A stretch of DNA of 60,452 nt, taken from contig CAMMOI010000002.1 in the NCBI GenBank assembly GCA_946498375.1, positions 1-60,452 of the forward strand, given 5' to 3'. Under the pieces are notes generated by a model, which was not told where the DNA came from, ran no database searches, and worked only from the letters and a program-made list of their open reading frames with translations. The translations under genes were made by a program, and so were the position numbers. Shown here piece after piece: positions 10,011 through 19,768 of this stretch; position 1 is the stretch's first letter, and the number at the start of each line of letters is the position of its first letter. The DNA comes from an uncultured Mycoplasmatota bacterium. GTDB taxonomy: Bacteria > Bacillota_I > Bacilli_A > RF39 > UBA660.

Positions 10011-10431
10011 TAGTAATATATAATTTACTTAACATAGAAATTATTAGAATTATGAGTTTCATAATGCCTAATATTATTAAATATAATATTAAAAATATGG
10101 GAACTAATATATATTCAAGACCACTAAACATTCCAGTTGTAGTTGGAAGCAAATTCCATATCCAAGATTTAGTAAAAAGTAAGTATGTAATTAATATTCC
10201 TACTGATATCCAAGATATTAGTGCATATACGTAAAATAAATGTTTATCTAAATTAATAGTTTTATATATTTTTTTGGAATATATAAAGTGGATAATTATA
10301 TATATAATTAGTATTAAAATTGGCAGAATAATTACATAATCACCATTTATACTTACAGAAAGGCCAAAGAATCCTAGAAAGATTAATTGCTTAAATAAGA
10401 CAATTAAAAATATTATAAAAAAATTCATCAA
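9997..10431 (-). CDS. small polytopic membrane protein
   Basis: Four or more hydrophobic segments. No family recognised. Confidence 0.45.
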   Translation of the reverse strand: MMNFFIIFLIVLFKQLIFLGFFGLSVSINGDYVIILPILILIIYIIIHFIYSKKIYKTINLDKHLFYVYALISWISVGILITYLLFTKSWIWNLLPTTTGMFSGLEYILVPIFLILYLIILGIMKLIILIISMLSKLYITKKNN

Positions 10432-10450
10432 TTATCACCATTATTCTAAT

Positions 10451-11617
10451 TTAATAAGTACTAGTTATTCCAAAGTAATCCTCCATTGTTAGCCAATTAC
10501 CATTATTATAAAGTTTAGTTGCTAAATCTATTCCAACATATCTAAAATGCCATGATTCATATTTATAGCCAGTCTCATTTGTTTTTCCCTCTGGGTATCT
10601 TAAAATAAAGCCATATTTATAGCAATTTTGAGCAAGCCATTGAGCTTGAGGTGTATTATCAAAATTGGAATTAATACAAGCATTTTTACCATCTAAATTG
10701 TGACTACAAACATCAAAAGCTAAACCAGATTGATGTTCTGAATGACCGGGTCTTGCTGAAAATGTATCAGCTTTATTAACACCATCTCTAGCAACATAAT
10801 TATTATATAATGTATTTTGTCTTTGGTATGATCTAAATCCACTAGATATATATAAATCAATTCCCTCTAATAAAGCTGCAGCTTGCATTTGGGCAAACGC
10901 CTCAGTAGTTTGAGAAGTTAGTGCGCTTCCGTAGTTAGAGGGTAGAGAATAAGTTTTGTTTACTATTAAATATCCATCAATATAAGTGACTCCATTTTTA
11001 ACAACGCCATTAAATCCTTTAGAAGTCGTAAATGTTGTTTCGTTATTTATATTATTTGCACTAGTATTTTGATTAGAAGTAGTATTTTTCTTTTCAGTCA
11101 CAGTTAAGGTAAATTCTTCTTTTGTTTCATTATTGCTTGAGTCTTTTGCTACATAATACAGTGTGTAACTACCAGCTTTATTAAAATCATATTCGCCTTC
11201 TATATTAACTTCTATATTTTCATTACTATTATCTTTTACAGTAACATCTTTTAATAAGTCAATCTCAGAACCTACTTCAGTTTCTAAATTTTTACTAAAC
11301 GTAATTTGAGGTTTTTCATCATCATAAATATTTACTTGAAAAAAGTAGTCCTTTTTTTGTCCCCAAAAATTTTTAATAATTATTTTTACTTTTTGGGTTC
11401 CAATTTTACTTGTATCAATTAATTCTTTATTGTTAATAACAGTACCATTTTTTAATTCTTTTAAATAATCAGTATTATATTTTTTGTCGTTTAAAGCAAT
11501 TTGTACATCATTTTCAATATTTACTTTTAATTTTTTAAAATTTATAAAAACTAATATTCCAATAATTACAATTAAAATTATTATACTTAATATAATGATT
11601 ATTTTCTTTTTTTTCAT
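10451..11617 (-). CDS. membrane-anchored VanY/LdcB-type M15B D-Ala-D-Ala (LD/DD) carboxypeptidase with an Ig-like domain
   Basis: N-terminal TM segment. Ig-like segment (ITFSKNLETEVGSEIDLLKDVTVKD ... YTLYYVAKDSSNNE). Zn-peptidase motifs SGFRSYQRQ, HSEHQSGLAFDV and ESWHFRYVG. The track start is TTG and I prefer the ATG at 11617. Confidence 0.8.
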   Translation of the reverse strand: MKKKKIIIILSIIILIVIIGILVFINFKKLKVNIENDVQIALNDKKYNTDYLKELKNGTVINNKELIDTSKIGTQKVKIIIKNFWGQKKDYFFQVNIYDDEKPQITFSKNLETEVGSEIDLLKDVTVKDNSNENIEVNIEGEYDFNKAGSYTLYYVAKDSSNNETKEEFTLTVTEKKNTTSNQNTSANNINNETTFTTSKGFNGVVKNGVTYIDGYLIVNKTYSLPSNYGSALTSQTTEAFAQMQAAALLEGIDLYISSGFRSYQRQNTLYNNYVARDGVNKADTFSARPGHSEHQSGLAFDVCSHNLDGKNACINSNFDNTPQAQWLAQNCYKYGFILRYPEGKTNETGYKYESWHFRYVGIDLATKLYNNGNWLTMEDYFGITSTY

Positions 11618-11764
11618 TTTTATTTCCCATTTCACCAATAGTATTTTGTCAGATATTGCTAAATATATATTAGCATAAATAATTGCTTTTTTAAAGATTT
11701 AAATATAACTAAAAATAGCAATGTGTGATATAATATTAAACATTTAGGAAAGGGTTTATGAAAT

Positions 11765-12589
11765 ATGAATAGAAATAATGAAATGATTTTAAAATTGCCA
11801 ACTGATTATGTTCAAGATGACTATTTACAATTAATGATTACATATCGAGAGTTTTTAATGCTGTATGGAAATAATAAATTGTTATTTTATAAAAATTATT
11901 TACAAGATGATTATTTGGATAATTATACAAATGACTATTTAAAAGATCCAAGAAAGGAATTTTTCCCATATTCTAATATAGCTGAACATATAGAAAAAAT
12001 AAAATTTTGGAAAATGCACGTTATAAATCAAATTTTAGATTTTAATAAAACTTATATTAGTGTAAATGATGGCATGATTAATAAACTTATAGCATTTAAG
12101 GATAATAATAATTCTTTTGTTTATTCTAAGCTTTTGAATAATAAAGATGTACAATCACCTAAAACTAAAATAGTTAGTACTTTAGAAATAAAAAATTATC
12201 TAATATCTGGTATGATGAAAGAAATAGATGACGAGCAGTATGATTTTATAAGTATACTAAATACAAATGGATTTTTATATCAAAAAGAGAATATTATTGA
12301 TTCTTTAGTATATCTTTTAGATAATGTTTCTAAAAAATTTATGATAAAGTCTAAGAAAGATGGAACTATAACTATTGATACTTTTGCTGTATATTATATA
12401 GCTCCTGATAAGTATGAAATTATGATTTCTCCTATACCAATTAATGAAATGGATTTTTCATTTTCTAATACAAGTGCAATATTAAAAAAATTTAAAAATC
12501 CTAAAATTAATTTAAAATTAAATCCAAATATTACTAAAGATCAATTAGAAGAAGAAAAAAGAAAAGTTTTAATAAGCAAAAGAAAATAG
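11765..12589 (+). CDS. hypothetical protein
   Basis: Long ORF with a GGAAAGGG RBS region. No recognisable motif. Confidence 0.45.
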   Translation: MNRNNEMILKLPTDYVQDDYLQLMITYREFLMLYGNNKLLFYKNYLQDDYLDNYTNDYLKDPRKEFFPYSNIAEHIEKIKFWKMHVINQILDFNKTYISVNDGMINKLIAFKDNNNSFVYSKLLNNKDVQSPKTKIVSTLEIKNYLISGMMKEIDDEQYDFISILNTNGFLYQKENIIDSLVYLLDNVSKKFMIKSKKDGTITIDTFAVYYIAPDKYEIMISPIPINEMDFSFSNTSAILKKFKNPKINLKLNPNITKDQLEEEKRKVLISKRK

Positions 12590-12714
12590 AAAAAATATAC
12601 TATATTAAATTTTAAGATTATTTTATTGTTAGTTTACAAATTTGCAAAAATTGTCAAATAATTTCATCAATCTTTCACATCAATGCTATAATATAGAAAT
12701 AAGGGTGATTTGTA

Positions 12715-13380
12715 ATGAATTTGTTAATTGTTGATGATGAAGAATTAATCAGAAATGTTATAAAGGAATATGCGACTTTAGAAAATTATCAAGTGGATGA
12801 AGCTAGTACTGGTTTAGAAGCAATTGAAAAAGTAAAAACAAAAGATTATGATGTCATTATTATGGATATAATGATGCCTAAAATGGACGGGTATAAAGCC
12901 GTAGAAGAAATAAAAAAAATTAAAAATATTCCTTTTATAATGTTATCAGCCCGCTCAGAGGAGTATGATAAATTATATGGATTTAATTTAGGTATAGATG
13001 ATTATTTAACAAAACCCTTTTCACCCAAAGAACTAATGGCTAGAATTAAAGCAGTTAGTAAAAGAAATAATAAGGAAATAAAAAAATATGTTTTTGATGG
13101 GTTAGTAATAGATGATGATGCTCATGAAGTAACAATTGATAATGAGCCGATATTTTTAACTCCTAAGGAATATGAATTATTAAAATATTTAGTTCAAAAT
13201 AAAAATATAGCCTTATCTAGAGATGCTTTGTTAGAAAATGTATGGGGTTATGATTTTTATGGAGACGATAGAACTATAGATACCCATATAAAAACTTTAA
13301 GAAATCATTTAAAAGAATATCGTAAATATATTGTTACTGTAAGAGGGATGGGGTATAAATTTGAATATAAAGAATCATAG
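12715..13380 (+). CDS. OmpR-family response regulator
   Basis: Receiver motifs (DDEE ... DIMMPKMDG ... K) and a winged-helix output domain (LTPKEYELLKYL ... VRGMGYKF). RBS AAGGGTGA. Confidence 0.9.
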   Translation: MNLLIVDDEELIRNVIKEYATLENYQVDEASTGLEAIEKVKTKDYDVIIMDIMMPKMDGYKAVEEIKKIKNIPFIMLSARSEEYDKLYGFNLGIDDYLTKPFSPKELMARIKAVSKRNNKEIKKYVFDGLVIDDDAHEVTIDNEPIFLTPKEYELLKYLVQNKNIALSRDALLENVWGYDFYGDDRTIDTHIKTLRNHLKEYRKYIVTVRGMGYKFEYKES

Positions 13381-14740
13381 CATTAATTATAAAACTTTAA
13401 GTTATTTAATTTTATTCTCATCTTCTATACTAATAATTTTATGGGTATTTCAAATATTATTTTTAAGAGTTTTTTATGAAAAATATCAAATTAAAACAGT
13501 TAATAAAATATCTAAAGAAATATTATCTACAAAAGAAGACTTAAATGTTGAACTTGAGGAAATAGCCTATCAATATGATGTGTGTATAGAATATAAAGAT
13601 ATCAACAATAATACGATATCTTTTAATAATAAGAAGCCTACTTGTTTATTAAATCAGAAAAATTCTGATATTAAAATTTATAAATATCAGTTAATTAGTA
13701 AGGCTCAAGAGATTAGTACTTTAAAATTAACAAATCAGGAATATGAAATAAAAGGATTATTATCGGCTGTAAAATTAGATAAAGGTACAGTATTTGTTTA
13801 TACTGATCTAGAAGATGTTCATTCAACAACAGTTGTTTTAAAAAGTCAATTAATATATATAACTTTAATAACTATTATTATTTCTTGTTTAATAGCATTA
13901 TTTCTATCTCGTCGTTTAACAAAACCAATAGTTAATATAACTAATGAAGCCAGAAAGTTAAGTAAGGGAAATTATAATGTTGAGTTTAAAAAAAGTGGTA
14001 TTAGGGAAATTGATGAGCTTGCAGATACTTTAAATTATACTAAAGAAGAATTATCTAAAATAGATGAACTACGCCGAGATTTAATGGCTAATGTATCTCA
14101 TGATTTAAAAACACCACTTACTATGATTAAGGCTTATGCTGAAATGATTAAAGACTTTTCTTATAAAGATGAGAAAAAACGTAATCAGCATTTAAATATT
14201 ATAATTGATGAAACAGATAGACTAAATGTTTTAGTAAGTGATATTTTATTGCTTTCTAAAACTCAAGCTAGAGTTGAACAATTAAATATTGAAGAATTTG
14301 ACTTAATTAAAGAAATTAAAAATGTTATAAAAAAATATGAAATAATTAAAGAAACAGAAGATTATCGTATCATTTATAAGGGTCCAAAAAAAGCAATGAT
14401 TAAAGCTGATAAGAAAAAAATAAATCAAGTAGTATATAATTTAATTAATAACGCAATTAATTACACGGGTAAAGATAAAACTGTTACAGTAAATGTAGTA
14501 GAAGAAGAAAAAAAATATTGTGTTCAGATAATAGATACTGGTAAGGGCATAAAAAAAGAAGATATAAAGCATATTTGGGATAAATACTATAAAAATGAAA
14601 AAAATCATCAACGAAATGTAGTAGGTACAGGTTTAGGTTTATCAATTGTTAAATCTATTTTAGAGCAGCATAATTTTAAATATGGTGTAACTTCTATATT
14701 AAAAAAAGGAACAACATTTTACTTTGAAATAAACAAGTAA
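13361..14740 (+). CDS. sensor histidine kinase (HAMP-HisKA-HATPase)
   Basis: Two TM segments. H-box ANVSHDLKTPLT, N-box LINNAINYT, G-boxes DTGKGI and GTGLGLSIV. TTG start overlaps the regulator stop. Confidence 0.85.
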   Translation: MNIKNHSINYKTLSYLILFSSSILIILWVFQILFLRVFYEKYQIKTVNKISKEILSTKEDLNVELEEIAYQYDVCIEYKDINNNTISFNNKKPTCLLNQKNSDIKIYKYQLISKAQEISTLKLTNQEYEIKGLLSAVKLDKGTVFVYTDLEDVHSTTVVLKSQLIYITLITIIISCLIALFLSRRLTKPIVNITNEARKLSKGNYNVEFKKSGIREIDELADTLNYTKEELSKIDELRRDLMANVSHDLKTPLTMIKAYAEMIKDFSYKDEKKRNQHLNIIIDETDRLNVLVSDILLLSKTQARVEQLNIEEFDLIKEIKNVIKKYEIIKETEDYRIIYKGPKKAMIKADKKKINQVVYNLINNAINYTGKDKTVTVNVVEEEKKYCVQIIDTGKGIKKEDIKHIWDKYYKNEKNHQRNVVGTGLGLSIVKSILEQHNFKYGVTSILKKGTTFYFEINK

Positions 14741-14882
14741 CATTCACTTTTTTTTCACAATAATTTCATAATGCTTTGGTATAGTAATAATATCAAAGGA
14801 GAGTGATAGAATAGATTAAGACATTTTCATAAACTACTACTAAAAAAATTGAATTAAAATATAAATAAACACACCTAAAATC

Positions 14883-14911
14883 AAAACAGTCATTAGCTAA
14901 ATGACTGTTTT
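14883..14911. terminator. bidirectional terminator
   Basis: AAAACAGTCAT / ATGACTGTTTT, an 11-bp stem between convergent genes. Confidence 0.75.
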
Positions 14912-14918
14912 ACTTTTA

Positions 14919-16187
14919 TTAATTATGATTTTTAGAACTAATCTTAGAAGCTTTTAATTTACGATATATTTTTAATAATTTAGGTAATAGCTTATACCAA
15001 ATAGGTTTATTTATTAGATCAAATTCTCCAATAAATTCTATATATTCTCCGCCAAATTTTCGTTTAAATTCGTGTAGACCAGCTAGATTTTTATAAGTGG
15101 TTTTTGGATCACCTACTGTGCCAAATAAATCATAAAAATCCATGTGATTTTTAAAAGCATCTAATAAAGCTTCATAATAAACACGATTAACAGCAAAAGT
15201 ATGCATTCCTAATGAATCGTTGCCAATATATAAAGTCCATGCAGCATGGTTAGTATAACTACATATAAGAGAACATACTACTTTACCATCAGGATATTTA
15301 TTTTGATATGGTTTAAAAATTTCTAAATCCTTTTCTAAGCGTTTAATTTGATTATTAGTATCTATAACTTTTTTTTTGTTAATTTCATTATTTGCTAATT
15401 TGTTTTTTAAATTTTTTAACTCTTCGCTAACTTTCTTTATAATTTTATCTGGATAGCAAATAGCATTAAAAATTTTAACATGATTATATTTTTTAAAATT
15501 ATTAAAAAAAGCTTGATAATATTCTAGATTATAGGCTGAAAAGTTATCTTTGTGAGCATTATTTTGAATTAAATCATAAAATGTATTAACTTCATCACCC
15601 ATTTTTATTTCAAGATCATACGTATAGCTTCTTTTAACTGTTTTCATAAAGGTTTTAGAAATATTTTTATTAATAGTATCTATATCATTATGTAAATTAA
15701 TTCTAACTGTATATCTTGGTTGATTTCCCTCATATAGCTTATAAAATCCAGTATGTTTATAACCTAAGTTTATAAAGTTATTAAATATTTCATAATTATT
15801 TTGGCCATTTTTTATAGGATTTGCCATTGCATCAATATCTTGATATTTTATTCCTGGATCAACTTTTAAGTAAATAGCATTTTCTTCTTTTAAATATTTT
15901 TTTAAACCATTTGTAAATTCTTCAAAATATTTTTCATTTGTATAATCTATTACAAATCCTCTAGGAGCATAAAAATAGCACATATTTAAAGGAGTTTTTC
16001 TTTTTAATAATAAGGCTACAGCTACTACATTATTATCATCATCAATTAAACCAACATAAGAGGGGATAAGACCTCGCCCTTCTTTTTGCGTTAATCCCCA
16101 TTCATATGATTGCAAAAAATGGGCATCTTTTTGAGCATTAAAAAAACTAATATAATCATTTTTATTCAGATTAGATACGAATTTCAT
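14919..16187 (-). CDS. FemAB-family peptidoglycan interpeptide-bridge aminoacyltransferase
   Basis: Typical N-terminus (F ... HFLQSYEWG), a central coiled-coil insert and a C-terminal GLHEFKRKFGG. ATG at 16187 is preceded by AAAGGTGAG; the track start is GTG. Confidence 0.8.
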   Translation of the reverse strand: MKFVSNLNKNDYISFFNAQKDAHFLQSYEWGLTQKEGRGLIPSYVGLIDDDNNVVAVALLLKRKTPLNMCYFYAPRGFVIDYTNEKYFEEFTNGLKKYLKEENAIYLKVDPGIKYQDIDAMANPIKNGQNNYEIFNNFINLGYKHTGFYKLYEGNQPRYTVRINLHNDIDTINKNISKTFMKTVKRSYTYDLEIKMGDEVNTFYDLIQNNAHKDNFSAYNLEYYQAFFNNFKKYNHVKIFNAICYPDKIIKKVSEELKNLKNKLANNEINKKKVIDTNNQIKRLEKDLEIFKPYQNKYPDGKVVCSLICSYTNHAAWTLYIGNDSLGMHTFAVNRVYYEALLDAFKNHMDFYDLFGTVGDPKTTYKNLAGLHEFKRKFGGEYIEFIGEFDLINKPIWYKLLPKLLKIYRKLKASKISSKNHN

Positions 16188-16278
16188 AAATCTCACCTTT
16201 AATATTATAGCATATCTTAAAAATTATTATTTAAATTTAGACAAAAATTTGATATAATTTTTAATATAGGTGAACAAT

Positions 16279-17310
16279 ATGAGAAAAAAAGCATTAGTGG
16301 GGGTTTCAATATTATTGGTACTAAGTGTACTACTTTTAATTATACGTTTAACTGATAATAGTAGTTATGCTTTACCAGATAATATCACAAATGGTGAAAA
16401 TTATGATCAAGAACAGGATACTCAGGATCCACAAATAGAGGTAAAAACAAAAGAAGAGGCAAAAAAAGAATCTGATTATATAGATTTAGTATCTTTAGAA
16501 ACAACTGATGGAGTAGTTGATTTAAGGGGAAGTGAATTTAGTATCCCTCAAAATTTACTAGATGATTTAAATAATACAATTAATAGCTATACAGCAGGTT
16601 CATCTTTTATAGTAGTAAGCTTAAATGACGGTATGTCTTTTGGATATAATATAGATCAGGCTTATGCCTCAGGAAGTACTATTAAAGTATCATATGCTCT
16701 TTATATTTACAAATTAATAGACGCTAAAAAAGCCTCATTAGATGATAAAATAGCATATGAAGCAAAATTTTATAATAAAGGGACAGGAATAGTTAAGAAT
16801 AGTGCATATGGCACCGAATATAGCGTAAAAGATTTACTTTATTATATGATTCATGAAAGTGATAATTCGGCTTATTTAATGTTGTTAAATAAATATGGTT
16901 GGGATGGATTTAATCAGATGCTTGATGATTTAGGAGCTACTGAATTACATTTAGGAAATATTTCTCGTTGGGGAAAACTTTCATGTCGTTCATCTGCTAT
17001 AATATGGCAAGAAATATATCGTTTTGGTAAAGAAGAGGGAGCAGGAGCAGAGCTTTTTGATTTAGTTTTAAATGCTAAATATAATTATTTTAAAGAGATT
17101 CTTCCTGATGTTCCTAGTGCTAGTAAATCTGGTTTTACAGAGACTGTTGTTCATGATACAGGAATTATAATGGATGAACAAAATCCTTATATAGTAATTA
17201 TTTTATCAAATACCAATGGTAGTATGAATTCAGCATATAACCATGTTAAAAATATGTTTTCAAAAATTGCTCCAATTATGCAAGCTTATAATGAATACTT
17301 AGGAAAATAA
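16279..17310 (+). CDS. membrane-anchored class-A beta-lactamase-like serine hydrolase
   Basis: N-terminal TM segment. Motifs S-x-x-K (GSTIK), SDN (HESDNS) and KSG (SASKSGFT). ATG at 16279 follows GGTGA. Confidence 0.7.
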   Translation: MRKKALVGVSILLVLSVLLLIIRLTDNSSYALPDNITNGENYDQEQDTQDPQIEVKTKEEAKKESDYIDLVSLETTDGVVDLRGSEFSIPQNLLDDLNNTINSYTAGSSFIVVSLNDGMSFGYNIDQAYASGSTIKVSYALYIYKLIDAKKASLDDKIAYEAKFYNKGTGIVKNSAYGTEYSVKDLLYYMIHESDNSAYLMLLNKYGWDGFNQMLDDLGATELHLGNISRWGKLSCRSSAIIWQEIYRFGKEEGAGAELFDLVLNAKYNYFKEILPDVPSASKSGFTETVVHDTGIIMDEQNPYIVIILSNTNGSMNSAYNHVKNMFSKIAPIMQAYNEYLGK

Positions 17311-17343
17311 AATATGGATTTAATCTTTAAATCCATATTTTTC
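17306..17343. terminator. bidirectional terminator overlapping the 3' end of the GT2 gene
   Basis: 12-bp stem ATATGGATTTAA / TTAAATCCATAT with a 3-nt loop, flanked by an A-run and a T-run. Confidence 0.65.
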
Positions 17344-18252
17344 TTTTATAATATAAACTGGTCTTTTTTTTGTCTCAATATATGTTTTAGATAGATATTC
17401 GCCTAATATCCCTATAGTTATTAGTTGAATGCCACCTAAGAACAATATTGCACACATAATAGTAGGATATCCTGATACAGGATTATTCCAAAAGATTTTT
17501 TCAATTATTACTTCAATAAATAAAAGTAGGGCAATAAATGAAGAAAAAAAGCCAATATAAGTAGCAAGTCTTAAAGGTTTAACACTAAAGGCTAATATAC
17601 CATCTATAGCGTATTTAATACTTTTTTTAAAACCAAATTTACTTTGACCATTTTGTCGCAACTCAACATTATAGCTCATATAACAGGTATTAAAACCTAC
17701 CCACGAAAATAAGCCTTTAGAAAATCGATTATTTTCTGAAAGCTTAACTATAGCCTCAACCACATTTTTACGCATCATTCTAAAATCACTAGCACCATCG
17801 ACAAATTTAACATCGCTTAAAGCATCAAGTAATTTGTAAAAACACCTTTTTAGAAAGATAGTTAGCTTTTTTTCTTTACGATTACTATTTATCATTGCAA
17901 CTTGATCATAGTCTGAATTATGTTCTAAACACTTAATCATTTGAGTTATATATTTAGGATTTTGTTGCATATCAGCATCAATAATACACGTATATTTAGC
18001 ATTAGAATATTGCATACCGGCAAAAATTGCAGCATCCTTATTAAAGTTTCGAGAAAAACTAATTATTTTAGTATGTTTTTTATCTGTTTGATATATGTTT
18101 TTTAACACTGACAAAGTATTATCAATACTACCATCATTTACATAAATTACTGTATAATTAATGCGCTCAAGATTATCTTTAATACTATTATGAAATTGAT
18201 TAATATTCATCTCCTCATTAAAACAGGGAACAATTATATCTAAAGTTTTCAT
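17320..18252 (-). CDS. GT2 polyprenyl-phosphate sugar synthase (CsbB/GtrB-like)
   Basis: LDIIVPCFNEE ... NDGSIDNT ... SRNFNKDAA ... IIDADMQQNP, plus two C-terminal TM helices. This is the GtrB/CsbB architecture. RBS GGTGA. Confidence 0.8.
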   Translation of the reverse strand: MKTLDIIVPCFNEEMNINQFHNSIKDNLERINYTVIYVNDGSIDNTLSVLKNIYQTDKKHTKIISFSRNFNKDAAIFAGMQYSNAKYTCIIDADMQQNPKYITQMIKCLEHNSDYDQVAMINSNRKEKKLTIFLKRCFYKLLDALSDVKFVDGASDFRMMRKNVVEAIVKLSENNRFSKGLFSWVGFNTCYMSYNVELRQNGQSKFGFKKSIKYAIDGILAFSVKPLRLATYIGFFSSFIALLLFIEVIIEKIFWNNPVSGYPTIMCAILFLGGIQLITIGILGEYLSKTYIETKKRPVYIIKEKYGFKD

Positions 18253-18290
18253 TATTACTTCACCATATAAATTATACCACTTTTTTATAA

Positions 18291-18316
18291 AATAAAAATA
18301 TCTACTTTGTAGATAT
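18291..18316 (-). terminator. rho-independent terminator after the A1 subunit gene
   Basis: ATATCTAC / GTAGATAT, an 8-bp stem with a T-run on the minus strand. Confidence 0.65.
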
Positions 18317-18321
18317 CTTTA

Positions 18322-18972
18322 TTAATAAGCACTAGTAGGTGCTGTTGTAGTACCACTTTGATTTTGGTCATTATAATAAATATCTCCAGAACCACTAGTA
18401 GTAACTTCAATTTTTCCTACGAATGATTTACCTTGATTACTATTTTGATTACTAGCTGTTTCTAAAAAGTGAACTTGCATAGTATAAGTATGAGTATCTC
18501 CACCGATTCCTAGTGAACCAGAACCAATAATACCAGCAGCTGTAGGTGCAGTAGCATAACTATTACCTTCGTCATATCCTGGTGCTTCAGTAAAATCTAC
18601 TAAAGTTCCTGAACCTGTTTTTTCACTACTTAATGTATATACTAATTCACTAGTAGGATTAAAGCTATTTGTTACATTTACCCATCTTATATCATATGGA
18701 AGTGCTACAGTGTTGTCTACTGCAGAAATAGTAAACTCTATTTCATTACTATAAGCTCCAGGATAAGCATTGTCCATTTTAATTTCATCCCCATTTTCAT
18801 AGACAATATTTCCTAAAGTTGCAGTATTAACAATTACTGAACTTGCAGTATTATTACCTTGAACACTGGCAGTGAAGTAAGCAAATGTTGCACCCACTAC
18901 AGCAACTAATAACGTTGCAACAGCAATTACAGTAAGTAATACGGTATTTCCTTTTTTTTGATTATCATTCAT
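18322..18972 (-). CDS. SipW-type signal peptide, TasA/camelysin-like secreted subunit, type A copy 1
   Basis: RBS GGAGGAGG. N-terminus K-rich, then TVLLTVIAVATLLVAVVGATFAYFTAS (SipW-cognate signal pattern). C-terminal motif ETASNQNSNQGKSFVGKIEV resembles the N..QG motif of TasA/camelysin. Collinear paralog of 30633..31280. Confidence 0.75.
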   Translation of the reverse strand: MNDNQKKGNTVLLTVIAVATLLVAVVGATFAYFTASVQGNNTASSVIVNTATLGNIVYENGDEIKMDNAYPGAYSNEIEFTISAVDNTVALPYDIRWVNVTNSFNPTSELVYTLSSEKTGSGTLVDFTEAPGYDEGNSYATAPTAAGIIGSGSLGIGGDTHTYTMQVHFLETASNQNSNQGKSFVGKIEVTTSGSGDIYYNDQNQSGTTTAPTSAY

Positions 18973-19067
18973 TTTACTTTCCTCCTCCTATTATCCATAA
19001 TATCAAAAAAGAATTTAAAGATCAATAAAATGTGAAAAAATATGTCAAATGAAAATACATTTTTTAA

Positions 19068-19103
19068 TAAAAAAACATTTATAAAATTCATATAAATGTT
19101 TTT
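19068..19103 (-). terminator. rho-independent terminator after the B1 subunit gene
   Basis: 13-bp stem AAAAACATTTATA / TATAAATGTTTTT. Confidence 0.6.
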
Positions 19104-19111
19104 TCAATATA

Positions 19112-19720
19112 TTAATAAGCTGTTGGTCTAGTTGTAGTACCAGATCTAGCACTATCAGTATAGTAAACGCTGTTTCCTGTGCTATCTGCACTCAATTGTA
19201 GTTTACCACTGAATGATTTACCTTGGTTACTATTTTGATTAGATGCTGTTTCTCTAAAATGAAGTGTTAAAGTACAAGTTTGAGTTACTCCGGCTCCAAT
19301 TGTTCCTGCTACAATATTTTGGGCTGAACTACTAGTTGAAGGTGCAGTAGTTTGAGCTTTTGTGGCTCCGGAATTACTACAAGATATTGAATAAACTAAA
19401 TCCGATTTTACAGCAAAACTATTAGTTACACCTGCTGCCCATTGAATAGTATATTTTAATTGTGTAGCAGAATTGTTTTTAATAGTAAAAGTTTTAGAAT
19501 CACTTGCACCAGGGTAAGCATTTGCTAAATTAATAGTATCTGTGTCTTTAAATGTTAGTGTTAAATTACTTGCAGTTTTAACAATTACTGAGCTTGCAGT
19601 AGTATTTCCAGTTACTGATGCAGTGAAGTATGCATATGTCGCACCAATTACTGCTACAAGTAAAGTAGCAATAGCAATTACAGTTAAAACAATACTATTT
19701 ACTTTCCTTTTATTTTCCAT
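19112..19720 (-). CDS. SipW-type signal peptide, TasA/camelysin-like secreted subunit, type B copy 1
   Basis: RBS AGGAGG. Signal IVLTVIAIATLLVAVIGATYAYFTAS. Shares the HFRETASNQNSNQGKSFSGK motif and a tail ending PTAY. Collinear with the pseudogene 40789..41403. Confidence 0.75.
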   Translation of the reverse strand: MENKRKVNSIVLTVIAIATLLVAVIGATYAYFTASVTGNTTASSVIVKTASNLTLTFKDTDTINLANAYPGASDSKTFTIKNNSATQLKYTIQWAAGVTNSFAVKSDLVYSISCSNSGATKAQTTAPSTSSSAQNIVAGTIGAGVTQTCTLTLHFRETASNQNSNQGKSFSGKLQLSADSTGNSVYYTDSARSGTTTRPTAY

Positions 19721-19768
19721 TCTTTCTACCTCCTACGATAATAATGGTATAAAAAAACAATATAAATG

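Noticed and set aside
18322-18972. Reading the subunit N-termini (KKGNTVLLTVIA...) as type IV pilin or archaellin class III signal peptides.
   Set aside because: There is no G followed by F/M with Glu at +5. No prepilin peptidase or pilus ATPase is in the window. The helix ends in the AYFTA pattern typical of SipW substrates, and a SipW-type peptidase is encoded nearby.
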